In this document: piece by piece, positions 26,860-40,740 of the stretch
How positions within the stretch are numbered: position 1 is the stretch's first letter
Layout of the letters: each line of letters opens with the position of its first letter
NCBI RefSeq assembly: GCF_021028975.2
Contig: NC_059439.1
Coordinates: 25,978,001 to 26,042,000 of the forward strand
DNA length: 64,000 nucleotides
Reading direction: 5' to 3'
DNA from: Sphaerodactylus townsendi
Lineage: Eukaryota
Position numbers and translations under genes: made by a program
The notes under the pieces: generated by a model
What the model was told of the DNA's origin: nothing
Seen by the model: only the letters and a program-made list of their open reading frames with translations
Database searches by the model: none

Positions 26860-29800
26860 TTGTCTGGAATTGAAATGCCAACCATGAAGGGGGCGAGGTA
26901 GCTCTGAGGTGGAGTGTTCAAACGGTTTAGAAGCCCCTCTGCCAATTGTCCTTTATTTGGGTGGTCCCTTCTCTTGGCAAGGATGCCTGGAAAGGGGGTC
27001 TCTGAGGATCACTTGGCAATGGCAGTCGTGTTCACAATAGTCTCGTGCTGCACTTGTGTTAAATGGGAAACAGTGCCTCAAACCGAGTCTTGGAAAAAAA
27101 AGAACGGGAGGGTGACAGGGAAAGCAGCAGAATCCAACCATCCGGCAACGATGCCTCCTTGATCCTCCAAGAGCTGACGTTTCTGATCGTGTCGGTTACC
27201 GATAATTTCACCGTTCTGGCTTTCTTCCCACCAGTCAGCTGCCCCCAAGGGGAAAGTATCTGTCCTGAGTTTGCATGAGCTGTGATTGAATAATCCAATT
27301 GCTGCCGATGATAAATCTGGTGTTGCAGAGGAAACCAGGGGGCGGGGCGGCGGTTGCCGCTCCAATAAAATGACACATCCCAATCACTTCATTGTGTAAG
27401 ATGTTTTTTCCATTGTTAAAGGAATCCCCCGTCTTAATTCAGAAGAAAAAAATCATCTCGGCCGTACAGCGCTTTGTGGACCTGTTGTTTTCCTTCCCTA
27501 GAGTTAATAAATTCAGGAAAGGAAAAGGAAAATTAAGATAACTAAATGGAACCTCCGGCTTCTGCAGCTCTTCCCCAGTTGAGTGGTTCTAACCTCGGTT
27601 CTCTTAGCGTTTCATATTTAAGGCACACTTTTTAAGAAAAGCAGGCTGGTGATTGTGTTGTCGAAGGCTTTCGCGGCTGGGATCGACTAGCTGCCGTGGG
27701 TTTTTTGGCCTGTGTGGCCTCAGTCTGGTGGTTTTAGCTCCTAACGTTTTGCCCGTATCTGTGGCTGGCATCTTCCTGCGACATGCCTCTGAAGAGTACC
27801 ACGGAGCTAAAAGCACCGGGCCACAACCACAAAGCCCAGAAAACACACAACAGCCAGACTGATAATCCCCACACACATGTACACCAAACATGTTGATATT
27901 CGGAGGAACTATGGAGGTTCCATTTAGTTATCTGTGCTGGTACTCACTGATGGCTCTATCCTCTCTGAATTTAACTCTTTGAAGCAATACTACAGGCTGT
28001 TGCTACTTCCCCGTGGCAGTGAAGGCCATAAGTTTCGTTACTGGTTGTGAGAAGAAGCGCTGTATTCTGCCAGGAATGTCTTGTCAACCCTGTTGGGTAT
28101 TTTGGGAGAAAAAAACCTCACTTCCTCCAGACTTTCTAGTTTATAAATCATTATTAGTGTCCCCCCGCCCCCCCTTCTCGTCTTTTCATTAAACCAAAAA
28201 GTCCCAAAATGGCCTTTCTGTGGAAGGAAGATGTGACTAGTTCTTTGATTGTGTGTGTTGTATGTTTTCCAGCCCTGTAATATGCTTTTCCCGCTCTGGA
28301 CGGTAATTGTTCTTAAGGCAACTGTCTATAGCTACCATTTGCTGTACTCGGCTCCCTCCAGTGTGGTGTAGTGGTTAAGAGCAGGTGCACTCTAATCTGG
28401 ACAACTGGGTTTGATTCCCTGCTCTGCCACTTGACCAGTGAAGGCTTATCTGGTGAACCAGTTTAGCTTGTGCACTCCAACACATGCCAGAGGGGTGACC
28501 TTCGGCTAGTCACAGTTCTTTGGAGCATTTTCAGCTCCCCCCCCCCAGGGTATTTGTTGTTGGGGGGGGGGGAAGAGGATTGAAAGCCTTCGAGTCTCCT
28601 TACAGGAGAGAAAGGGGGGTTATAAGTCCAACTCTTCTTCTCTTCTCCTGTGTTTTCTCCGACATCTCACCACCCCTTCTCTAAGTAGGTGGCATGCTAG
28701 TGCAGCACTCCTATGGGGTCATCTGAGTGGCTGATTTTCTCTTCAGGAGCAGGGCGGCCTCTTGTCCATGACACTATGGTAGGCCACAGGTTGCACAAGC
28801 CAGCCTTGGAGGTTTACCCTTACTCGAGCCAGTGGGGAGAATCCAGGAGCCCCGATTCCCATTTGAGCTCCTGATGCTGGTAAACCTCAAGGGACTATTT
28901 GCTTCCCTGCTCAGAAACAGCAGCTGCTCTAGGAAACAGGTTGTGCTTTCTCTTTCTACAGTGGGGAGGCCAGCTTATTCAAAAGGTCTCTCCTGCCAGC
29001 TCCTTTGCAGAAGGCAGTGACTGGCTTCCAGGTGCCAGTGGGGCAAAGCACAGTTGCCATCCCCAGGTGGGGCTGGAAGACCTCTTGGAATTTCCAGACA
29101 ACAAAGATCAGTTCTCCTGGAAACCACGGCTGCTTTGGGGGTGGCTTTTACGGCATTATAATGCACTGAGCTCATTCCTCTTCCCAAACCGTGCTCTGGC
29201 CAGGTTGTGTCCCAAAATCTCCACTGCTGAGAGCAGTAGTGGCGTAGTGGTTAAGAGCAGGTGCATTCTGATCTGGAGGAACTGGGTTTGATTCCCAGCT
29301 CTGCCGCCTGAGCTGTGGAGGCTTATCTGGGGAATTCAGGTTAGCCTGTGTACTCCCACAAACGCCAGCTGGGTGACCTTAGGCTAGTCACAGCTTTCCG
29401 GAGCTCTCTCAGCCCCACCCACCTCACAGGGTGTTTGTTGTGAGGGGGGGAAGGGCAAGGAGATTGTCAGCCCCTTTGAGTCTCCTACAGGAGAGAAAGG
29501 GGGGATATAAATCCAAACTCCTCTTCTTCTTCCACGAATTTTCCATCCCTGCTCTGGAAACCCTGGAATGGGTGCCCAGCTGGGCCCTTTGCTGAGTCAG
29601 AAGCAACAACCCCCCCCCCCCCCCCGGTCTGCCCACGCTTGGGTTTCCCCTCTTGGCATTGGTTAAAACCCCCTCTGTTTTCTGCTGTGTCACCTCTCAC
29701 TCTTCTGAAGGTTTCCCGTTGAATCCGACTTCCCCCAGCACCTTCCCCCCCCCCCTCAGCAAACACGGTACAGCTTGTATCTTTCAGATGTTTATCCTAT

Positions 29801-29989
29801 TTTTAAGTTCTCGTTGCATTGGCTATCTTTCCAGTCAAACCACATCCTTCTGCAAAGCTCCTAGACACTCACTAAATGCAGAGGTACTTAAAAAAAATTG
29901 CACAATCGGTGCTGGCAGTCAAAAGACTGGAGATCTTCAGATTATAAGTCAAATTAATTTACTGCGATTATCACAGTGCCAGCCACTGA

Positions 29990-30680
29990 TGGTGCAAACA
30001 TTTTTAATACTTCTATATTCGCTCCCGTCTGCGATCCTAGAAGGGAGATATAAGAAGATACCTAAAGAAAGGAGGATCTGTTCCTGTAATTTAGAAGAAA
30101 TGGACACTACAGGCCACATCCTCCTCCGTTGCCCGCACTTTAGAGAAATAAGAGCCAAAATACTAGACCCAATATTAATTAACTTCAGGGGCTATCCAGA
30201 AAATGTATGTATAAGGAAGCTCCTGGAAGACAAAAATCCAAACTGGTCTAGATTGGTTGCCAAATTTTGTACATTTGTTATAAAGAAATGCAGACCAGTG
30301 AGTAGGCAACTGATATTGTATTAGAGATACAGATATATATATATATATGGCTCATAATCATTATTAATTATTAATAATATTATTACTATTTTAATCTAGG
30401 ATTGAGTAAATGGAAGTGCAAACAGGCCGAAAGACCATAAGTAGGCAAGCCTATATGAATAATTTTTAACTTAAAAGTTGACTCATTTTTAATGCTAAGT
30501 TATGGAATGAATTCATTTTGACACTAAGTTATAATTGAATATATTTTAATGCTAAGTTATGGATTGGACTTATTTTAACATTAAGTTATGGATTGGATTT
30601 ATTTTTAATGCCGTTATAGATTGGATTCATTTTAACGCTAAGTTATGGACTGAATGTATTTTAACGCTAAGTTACCGTAT
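29990..30680 (+). mobile_element. LINE ORF2 3' fragment (RTE-X-like) followed by a roughly 30-bp minisatellite
   Basis: LPSAILEGRYKKIPKERRICSC...HILLRC knuckle, stop at 30324; about 7 copies of TTTTAATGCTAAGTTATGGA at 30487-30675. Confidence 0.65.
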
Positions 30681-32518
30681 GTATGGGACAAGTGAAACAA
30701 ATTAGGCTTCAGTGTTGATTTTAGGGTATTTATATATTACAATTACCACACGAGGGAATTAAAGAGTTGAGAGTTAGTGTATAGGAAATTTGTTGAGATT
30801 CGCTGAGGCTGCGAATTTGCTGTCAATATATAGAATTTGTCGGTCCCTGACTGTAATTTGCAGGTCTTTGACGGTAATAAAGTGAAATTGAAAATTGAAA
30901 TACCTCTATATTCATGGCACAAACGCCCTAGTTTAGCAACAGCGGTGGGCTCACTAAAGGCAGCCTGCTTCCAACGTATGTATTTATTATACATCTTTAT
31001 TATTATTTGTAAAAACGTAGTAGGTTATTTGTTTTTAAAAAACACATAGGTAGAAGTAGGTTAGGGCCAAAACAGACCTCACACTGGGACATCCAGCGTT
31101 AGATATTTCCAGTGTTTTAAAATTACAATAGGTAGGGGTAGGGCTGTGATGGCGAACCTTTTCGAGACCGAGTGCCCAAATTGCAACCCAAAACCCACTT
31201 AGTTATTGCAAAGTGCCAACACGGCAATTTAACCGGAATACTGAGGTTTCAGTTTAGAAAAAACGGTTGGCTCCAAGGCGTGTGTTACTCGGGAGTAAGC
31301 TTGGTGGTAGTTGGTGACTTTGCTTTGAAACAACCGTGCAACTATTCCAAGGGGTGAGACACGACCCTAGGAGGGTTTACTCAGAAGCAAGCCCCATTGC
31401 CAGCAATCGAGCTTACTCCCAGGTAAAGGATCACACTTTTCTTCTTCACATGAAAATCAGTGGGGTTTAACAGCGCTTAACAGGGTTACCTACACTGCTT
31501 CCCCAAAACGAGGTCTTAGGTTTAATGCTAATAATCGAGCCCAGTGGCCCAGGCCAGCCTAGATGTGTGGGGTGGGGTGGGGGACACTCTGTGAGTGCCC
31601 ACAGAGAGGGCTCTGAGTGCCACCTCTGGCACCCGTGCCATAGGTTCGCCACCACTGGGGTTGGGGGTGGAATTCAGGTGTTGTGGCACAGAGGCCGACA
31701 GGGGGACAAGAGAAGTTCATTTCTTCCAACACCACCGTTTCCCTATTGGATGCTTGCACAAGCCCCCATTGTTATTAGTGCTGGAAAGGAAAAAGACGGG
31801 CAGACTGTCTTTTTTTCGTTTCCAGTGCGAAAGGTTTGAAAAAGGGGGAGGGTTAAAGCCAAGCAAAGGCAACTCCTTTCATGCCCCCCCCCCACACCCT
31901 CTGTCCTGTCTTCCATCCAAATCAGGGGCCTGTGCAACGGCCCTTCGCCCACGATCACGCCTGTTTTGACCCTTATGTTTGTCAAATCCCTCCCAGAGAT
32001 CAGGGAATTTCTGGAGCACGGCATGTCACTTTCAGGTTCAGGCTCAATTTCCTCTTCCATCTCTGCCCTCTGTTCCGACTGAGGTGCCGTTTTGAGGGTG
32101 GATCTTGTACCGGGTGGGTGAGGGGATTGGTGGCGGTATTTTTTTTGTCAAGCTGTCGCCCGTGGACAGCTTCAGGTGGATCTCCTTAAGCGGTGTGGGC
32201 GAAGTGCTCGGAGTTGTGAACGGGATCCTTGCTCGTCCTGGCTATTAAAACTTAAGCCAGAAGAAAGTGGAAACTCCCTTGGGAAGGTTATTGATATTAC
32301 ACAGGGTGTTTCCTTCACAGCTGAAGTAATCTGTGATGCCACCCTCCAGATGAGACCCGGGGATCCCCTGGGATTACAGTTCATCTCCAGACTTCACAAA
32401 TCAAATCTCCTGGAGAAAACGGATTTCTTTGGAGGGTGGGCTATGTGACCTTATACATGCTGAGATTCCTCCCTTCCCCAGTCTGTTCTCTTTCCGGATG
32501 CCACACTCAAATCTCCCG

Positions 32519-33085
32519 GGCAACGGGGATGATTGAGGGACTGGAGCACCTTCCTCATGAGGAGAGGCTGCAGTGTTTGGGACTCTTTAGTTTGGAGAGG
32601 AGACGTCTGAGGGGGATATGATTGAAGTCTATAAAATTATGCATGGGGTAGAAAATGTTGACAGAGAGAAATTTTCTCTCTCTTTCTCACAATACTAGAA
32701 CCAGGGGGCATACATTGAAAATGCTGGGGGGAAGAATTAGGACTAATTAAAGGAAACACTTCTTCACGCAACGTGTGATTGGTGTTTGGAATATGCTGCC
32801 ACAGGAGGTGGTGATGGCCACTAACCCGGATAGCTTTAAAAGGGGCTTGGACAGATTTATGGAGGAGAAGTCAATCTATGGCTACCAATCTTGATCCTCC
32901 TTGATCTGAGATTGCAAATGCCTGAGCAGACCAGGTGCTCAGGAGCAGCAGCAGCAGCAGAAGGCCATTGCTTTCACATCCTGCACGTGAGCTCCCAAAG
33001 GCACCTGGTGGGCCACTGTGAGTAGCAGAGTGCTGGACTAGATGGACTCTGGTCTGATCCAGCAGGCTCTTTCTTATGTTCTTAA
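32519..33085 (+). mobile_element. CR1 LINE 3' end
   Basis: [32 protein letters not shown]-terminus, then 3'UTR and TTCTTATGTTCTTA tail. Confidence 0.9.
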
Positions 33086-33189
33086 TTTCACAACCCAGAG
33101 TTAGCAACGCTATCAATCAGGGTCAAGGCATTTTTATATTGCTCGTGTTAGGCCTTAAAAGTGCTGGAAATGTGGATGTTTTTTTTTTT

Positions 33190-33620
33190 TCCAATTTGGA
33201 AAAAATGATGGCTGAATAATTTGGGAAAAAATTTGGAAATGATGGCTGAATAATTTGGAAAAAAATTGTAGACAATATGAATAAAATTCTAAAAACCAAC
33301 ATTGAATTAAAACCAGAGATTCTCTTGCTTAGACTGATAGCTAAGCAGATAATTTTAAAAAAAGAACGATATTTTGTTCCATATGGTAACAGCAGCCAGA
33401 ATCCAAATTGCGAAATTTTGGAAAATGAAAGAAGAACCAACTCTGCATTGGGAAGCAAAATGACAAGAAGCAATGGATTTAGATAGATGGACTTGGAGGT
33501 TAAGAGAAGCTCTGAAAAAGTTCCAGACGACTTGGAAACCTTATTTAGACCACATAAAGCAGCCCTGACTACACAAAGCAGTCCTGCGTGGTGCTTTATA
33601 GATTTTCATTATATGCAAAC
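33190..33620 (+). mobile_element. L1/Tx1-like ORF2 3' fragment
   Basis: A-rich strand with MVTAARIQIAKFWK motif. A similar remnant lies at about 41580-42050 (-). Confidence 0.55.
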
Positions 33621-34947
33621 AAAACAAGCAGGCTCCTTCCGCACATGCAGAATAATGCACTTCCAAACTGCTTTCAGTGCTCTTTGAAGCTGTGTGGAAT
33701 GGCAAAATCCACTTGCAAACAGTTGTGAAAGTGGTTTGAAAACGCATTATTTTGCATGTGCGGAAGGGGCTGCAGATTGATGGAAACAGCCATGTGAAAT
33801 GATGGCTGAATAAGTTAAAGTGATAATTTTTAACGGTATATAGCAATCAACAGGTAGAGTGTGGCAGATGGACAGGACGTAGCTGCTCATGGTTCCCTGC
33901 CTCATTTCCTCTCAAAAAATCTATTGAGTGTTAGTGGAGAGCAGATATGCTTTGGACATGGTTTTACCTGACAAAACTGGGTGAATTTACACCCTTATTA
34001 GGGGGTTATTATCAAATCATATTGCTGGATATTCTTCCACATATCAGTTTTGTTCCTCAGACTTCTCCTTGTGGTGGCTGCTTTTAGGGTTGTCCAGTGG
34101 TTAAGAACAGGTGGATTCTAATTTGGAGAACTGAGTTTGATTCCCCACTCCTCCACCTGAGTGGCAGTAGCTTATCTGATTAACCAGATGTGTTTCCGCA
34201 CTCCTACATTCTTGCTGGGTGACCTGGGGCCAGTCACAGTTCTTCGGAGCTCATTCAGCCCCACCTACCTCACAAGGTGTCTGCTAGGGAGGGAGGGAGG
34301 GAAAGGAGCTTGTAAGCCACCTTGTGTCTCTTTACAGGAGAGAAAGGTGGGATATAAATCCAAACTACTCCTCCTCCTCCTCCTTCTTCTCCTTCTTCCA
34401 TCTGTCAACTGTCAAGCTATCAGAGTTTGTGTGTGTGTTTTGTTTTGTTTTCGTGGCAGGATCAATTCTTTCCAATAGCTTACCAAAGTGAGTGCAGGGA
34501 GCCCCTTCACTCCCGGCATTCAGGAAAGTGTGTAAATTAGTTTTGTTTCAAAGGGCATTCAAGGGAGAGTAAATCGTCTTGATATTTCTGGCTATGTTGT
34601 TTTTACCTTGTGTGGTGTTTTATTCTGTTGAATGACAGCTGTATTTTATGTCCTTCCTCTTGTATTGCTAGCCACCTTGCATCTATAAGGATAAGATATG
34701 GACACATGAATCTGCTTTTATACGGAATTAGACCATTGGCCCATCAGCATCAGTAAGAGGATGTTGTGGGTTTTCTGGGTTGTATGGCCGTGTTCCAGTG
34801 GTATTTTCTGCTGACGTTTCACCGGCATCTGTAGCTGACATCTTCAGAGATCCTCAGAAGATGCCAGTCACAGATGCAGGCAAAGTGTCAGGAGAAGATA
34901 CCTGGAAAACCCACAGCATCCTAGTGATTCTGTGAAAGTACATTGAA

Positions 34948-34948
<1 letters not shown>

Positions 34949-35020
<72 letters not shown>

Positions 35021-35236
35021 AAACAGTTATACACAGCAAACAAGATCAATATGCTGGATTTTGTATTACATCACACATTGGACACTTCCCAAGCATCTAG
35101 GACTGTGTGATGTATCGACGAATAATGCATGCAGAGCTGAGTAGGGTGGCCTTTTGCAGCTGACATATGGTGATTTTGTCAGCGCCAATTGTTTTTAAGT
35201 GCTGTTCAAGATCTTTAGGCACTGCACCCAGTGCTA

Positions 35237-35288
<52 letters not shown>

Positions 35289-36080
35289 GTTATAATAATA
35301 ATAATAGTTATAATAGTAATAATAATTATAATTATTATTATAATTATAATTATTATTATTACACATAACAACACAGCACAAGTGTCTGGAATTCATCTCT
35401 GAATATCGAGTCCTTCCCAAGGACCTAGGATATTAGAGGTATTTGCGTAGAACTCTATGTGAGTTCTAGAGATGCTGCCTTTCTGCAGCATGTGGACTGA
35501 TGTTCTGTCCAAGTTTAGGCTTTCAGATGTTTCAGATTTCTTGCTTGGGATTCCTCCTGAGCATTTAGTGGGATTACTGTTGTTCTTTGCTAATCGTTCA
35601 ACTTCAATTTGTAGGTCCTTGTATTTTGTGATCTTTTCCAGCTCTTTGTCCTCTACCCTACACATAACAACACAGCACAAGTGTCTGGAATTCATCTCTG
35701 AATATCGAGTCCTTCCCAAGGACCTAGGATATTGGAGGTATTTGCGTAGAATATGTGCAGTTCCTAGAAGTGCTGCTTTCTGTAGCATGTGGACTGATGT
35801 TCTGTCCAAGTTTAGGCTTTCCAGATGTTTTTCAAGATTTCTTGGGATTCCTCCTAGAGCACCGACTACTAGTGTGATTACTGTTGTTCTTTTTTGCCAC
35901 AATCGTTCAACTTCAATTTGTAGGTCCTTGTATTTTGTGATCTTTTCCAGCTCTTTGTCCTCTACCCTGCTGTCAACTGGCACAGCGACATCTATGATCC
36001 AAACATGTTTTTTCTCTATCACTGTGATGTCTGGGGTGTTGCGTGCCAGGTGTCTGTCTGTCTGTATTCTAAAGTCCCAG

Positions 36081-36168
<88 letters not shown>
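34949..36168 (-). mobile_element. Cluster of three R4/Dong-clade (restriction-like endonuclease) retrotransposon 3' ends inside (TAA)n microsatellites
   Basis: 35660-36084 encodes ILWDFRIQTD...NTPDITVIEKK.VWIIDVAVP...EKITKY...LVVGALG...LQKAALLGTAHILRKYL (PD-(D/E) nuclease domain). 35361-35659 is a shorter degraded copy; 35021-35236 is a different family (ALGAVPKDL...LQKATLL). (TAT/TAA)n at 34949-35019, 35238-35360 and 36083-36168. Confidence 0.85.
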
Positions 36169-37731
36169 GTGACTTAATGGAGCCGTAGCCACGAAGAATC
36201 TGGGCGGTGTACAATGAGACATAAAACAAATACAATGTAAGGTCTCATAAATACAACATAACGATAAAACATTAAAATTCATTAAAATACATTATAGCAG
36301 CAATTCCAGAAATTCCAGATAAAAATACATGCATAGATGGTGGCCTTAACCAAAAGATAGGAATGTATTGCTTAAAATGGATGGAATCAGCAATCAAAGG
36401 GCGTACTGAAGGCAACCAAAACAATAGTGGGGGCTGCAGAGGGGGCAGTAATCAGTAATATCTACCTAGATTGACTGACTGTGGCTTACACATCACCCAC
36501 TATCTGGTCCTTTTAATTGGAGATGCTGGAGATTTAAACCTGGGACTTTTTAAATGACAAGCAGAGGATCTTTCACTGAGCTACAACCCCACCCCTAAAG
36601 ATGGGATACTGTAGAACTATTTTAGATAAAATGAATAGACAAGCTTGGTCTCCAAATTATGGCTCTCTTATCATATGGATATCATATGGCTCTCTTTTCG
36701 CATGGATATCACTAGCTCTCTTATCATATGGATATCATATGGCTTTCTTATCATATGGTAATGTTCAGAAGCGTTATCATAAGCTGCAAGCTGTCAGCAC
36801 TTTCAAGAAAAAATATGGCTTGTGGACAGACCCAGCAGATAGAGATCAGAACAATTCTATGGGTGGAACCTAGTGATTAAGGGAAGTTTGGGGGTTGAGA
36901 CAGGCACATAAGCTATTTACCCAAGGGTACAGCCAAAAAAAGTAATACAAGGTTGACAGTGAGGCAGTCTTATCCATTCCATAACTGACAGCTGTCTCCA
37001 TCTTTTCTGAATGATTGTCAGCCCTTTTCTAAATATAAACATAAGCAAACTGTAGAGAGAATGCAGTTCACAGGATCTGACATGATATCAATGTAATATA
37101 TACACAAAATATTCCTTTATTATTAGTTTTATGAGAATAAAATGAATTGGATTCAAAGGTTCTGTCCCCCAAATTGGGGGTGGGGGTGGGAAGTTCCTTC
37201 CAGTGGAATAGTATTCCACAAGTGGCTGTTTCTTGGTGTTGAATGACGGCTCCACCATTTGTAGAATAGAGTCTTTAGTTGCAATCCCATCTATCCAAAA
37301 ATCAGCGCATCTCAAAAAAAAATGTTCTCACAAACCAACAGATTTCTACAGATTTTTGATGTTATTCTTCACTTTTTTTGGTCATTGGGAAACAAACAAA
37401 CAACTCAGTGGAATTGGCTGCTCTCCAGCGCCAGATTTACCTGTAGGTTTGGCAAACCGAAGCCTAGGGCTTCAAAATCTAGGAAGCCTCGGCCAAGTTG
37501 TACAATATTTTTGACACTGTCATATGCTTTCATAACACACTGTAGTCTCTCAACAGCCCTTCAGTAATTTTCCTTGCACTCCATTTCAGAATCATAGTGT
37601 CTAAAGCAGATAACTCGACACTAGCATTGATTTCTGTGTTGATTTTGTCGTTTCAGGACTTTACTGAAATGACCCCCATCTTCTAGTCATCAGAGGATTG
37701 GGAGGGACCTCACAAGTGTATTAGTCTAGGG

Positions 37732-38323
37732 CAGGAGTAGGGAACCTTTAACACTCAAAGAGCCATTTGGACCCATTTTCCATGGGAAAAGGAAACACTT
37801 GGAGCCGCAAATAATTTTTGACATTTAAAATAAAGATAACACTGTATATATTGGGTTTTTTTTACCTCCCGCTCATTCACAGAGAAGCACATGCGTGTGT
37901 CACGCCCTGCTGCCTGCAGGCGAGGGCAGGATGGAGGCCAGCGGCACCGGCCTCACCGGCAGCGAGGGGCCACCCACCCGGCTCCCAGCGAGCCAGGCTG
38001 AGGAGGGAAGCCCAGCGTCGTGGCCCAGCCCGGCTGCGGGCGGGTGGATGCGTCCGCCCTGCTGCCCTGCAGAGGCGGTGAGATAGAATAGCCCGGCTCG
38101 GCTCGTGGAGCAGTGCAGGGCAGAAAAGGAGCAGCATCGCGGCTCTCTCGAGCCGCAGTTCCCTACCCCTGGGTCTAGGGCAGGGGTCTGGCAACCTCGC
38201 GGCTTTCAATCATTCATGGACTACAATTCATCAGCCCTGCCACCATGGCCAATTGGTCATGGTGGCGGGAATAAAGTATAGTCCATGAACATCTACTGAA
38301 ATACGATCTGCACCGAACCCTGG
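37732..38323 (-). mobile_element. Two abutting hAT elements sharing a GTCTAG target
   Basis: 37732-38171 is the same family as 5601/6304; 38181-38323 is a degraded palindromic MITE; GTCTAGGG / GTCTAGAA at the junctions. Confidence 0.65.
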
Positions 38324-40389
38324 TCTAGAAGAACCTTCATCTAAATCTGGCACTACTGCTTTCCCTTGGTTGTGACTTTTCATTGCATGAGAGAGAAACT
38401 TGCCTGTTATATAAAAATGTCTTGGTTAGAGCAAAGTTTCAGCACATTTGATAATTCGAAGGGTCCTGTTTTGATTTGTGGCTGAATTTTCAGTGATGTT
38501 ACACCATAGTTGTTCTTGTGTAACTTCCTCATTCATGTTTGCTTGCAAATAGCCATTGGATTTACCTGTTCCATAAAGGACGTTTCACTGAAGGGATATT
38601 ATTTATACAGGGGGTCATTGTTTTTTTGTGCATATTTTGGGATTCCTCCAGGTAGTGACTGACGATCTCCCACGATGACAACTGATCTCTAGGCGACAGA
38701 GATCAGTTCACCTGGAGAAAACGGCTGCATCGGAAGGACGTCATTATGGCATTACACCCCCATTGAAGTCCCTCCCCCAAACACTGCCCTCGTCTGGCTC
38801 CACCCCCAACATATCCAGGTATTTCCAAATTTAGAGCTGGCTGCTGTGTCTTGTTCAGCATGTGCATCTGACGTGAAAAGAAAGTCCTAGCTAATAACGG
38901 ACTGCCCTGAGCTGTCTGGAATCTCTCTTACAAGTGTAAATTAACCACACTAGCAACATTACCACCACTGAGAAAAACGAGAGGCATATCTAGGGGAAAT
39001 GTAGCCCCGGGCAAAATCTGAGTTTTCTGCCCCCCTCCCCCACCATAACATTTTGAATTTCCCGCGCCCCCCACATGACTAACTGGTAGCAGCCCGGGGA
39101 CATTTGATCCCATATGTCCCCCTGGGCGGTACGCCCCTGGGAAAAACTATAGTGTGGAACTGACCTTTACTATATCTCTCTGCTTTGGCAAACGTGTTTG
39201 CAAAACACAGAATGTTTATTCAAATAGCATCTAGTTGCAAGGCCAACCAACCTGAGAATTTGATCTGTTGCATGCTAGACTGGATCATGAATAAAGTGCC
39301 CCAGTCTTCCGTATTAAATGGACAGAGAGCAAATGACAAGAGTCATCAAAAAGGATGTGGCATTAGGTTCGTGGCAGTGGTTAAGTAGCTATACATTGAT
39401 TAGGTCAGCACTGCAAGACTTTTGTATTCTTGTCCCAAATATTGCAATGGGCAGCGAGTTTCTTTTCATAATAGTTTCTTCAAAGACTTTTGAGAGGAAG
39501 CAGGTCAGGAGAAACCAGAGCTGGAAAAAGTGCAAGGAATCGTAGGCGGCACTGGAAAAGCCCAGACCTGAGAAGCTGCAGTTGGATGACGGAACATCCC
39601 ACATCACGTGGCTGGTCAGAGAGCCCGCTCTGCAAAGTGACTTTGGTTTCCTTTTTTATCACAGAAAGAGGAAGCAGATCCAAAGCGGTAACTCTGATCT
39701 TTCTTGTCTCCTTCCCCCGAAACTTCTTCTGGGGTGGGAGTCCCTAGAAACTAAATTATTTTGTCTCGATAGCTGAGGATGAGAACTAGAAAACTGTAAT
39801 TTTGGAGATTTTATCATTAGCGAAAATGAAACCCCCCTTAGGAATAAAAAGGCCTCCAAGTTGGGCTGTGAGGCCAGAGATTCCCTTCTTACACAGACAG
39901 AGAGGCCCCACTAATTGGAACTCCTCAAGATGCGACTGTGTGGTAAGAAAGATTGAGTACCTTTATATTTCTGGGATTTTTTGGCCCAGAATCATCACTG
40001 AAGGGTAACCCTTAATGAGAAACTGGGAGTTGTGATTATGGGGTAAAACATGGAAAACTGTAACAAGAGAGACCCTCAGGACCACCCCTGCCATTAGCTG
40101 GGGTAGCAGATTTTAGATACCAGTAAAGATCAACAAATTGTCAATTGTTTCCTTTATTGTTACATTTTACCACCACAGAAAAGTATAGTTCGGGTTGTAT
40201 CTGGCTATCATTTGTCATCAAATATCCTTATAATTATCCTGTTTGGTAGGTTTGTTTGAGAGAGATAATGACTTTCCCAGGATCGCCTGAGAAGCTCAAC
40301 TGCTGACTGAGGGGTTTGAACCTGACTTTTTCCGGTTCAAGCCCAGCACATGAGGTTCTGTGCTACAGTAGAATTCATTGTTGCCTTCT

Positions 40390-40740
40390 CTGCGCTGGGT
40401 TTCATTCTCCCCTGCCAGCCATGGACACAGCATTCCCCAGTTGTGAATTCTGAGCAGCTCTCTCCTATAAATATGCCAAAGGCACTTTTTCCAAACAAGT
40501 AACCGAAGTCACTCTGAAAAAGACTCCGAAACCACGAAAATTAGTCAATAATCAGGCTGGTCGCGAAAATTCCCCCTCAAACAGGTTTTGCCACTGCTAC
40601 ATCTGAGGGAGCTGTGAGTCGGGCTTGTAAGTCGAATTTTGAATAATGTGTGTGAAGTCGCAGGAGTTACGGGGAATAGGCTGACCTCATTTCCTCTCCA
40701 GGCACTTCTGTGATAGTTTCGGCTACCATAACAGGGTAAG
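40390..40740 (+). promoter_or_regulatory. Candidate inducible promoter/enhancer for IL27
   Basis: IRF-like GGTTTCATTCTC (about 40398), kB-like CATTCCCC and GAAAATTCCCC (about 40565), TATAAAT at 40466, donors at 40614/40627 and a possible 34-nt exon at 40702-40735. Confidence 0.4.

Noticed and set aside
29653-30324. 223-aa ORF as a host gene
   Set aside because: The C-terminal half is a LINE ORF2 zinc-knuckle end; the rest is chance read-through.
30487-30675. Regularly spaced repeats resembling a CRISPR array
   Set aside because: Eukaryotic context, degenerate tandem units without unique spacers, no cas genes.
31681-31800. Possible NUPR1 remnant (RGRQG...SNTT...ERKK across frames)
   Set aside because: The matches are in different frames, lack GGHERK and are compatible with chance.
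35393-36235. 280-aa ORF with poly-Ile as a membrane protein
   Set aside because: The poly-Ile is a translated (ATA)n microsatellite fused to a retrotransposon nuclease fragment.
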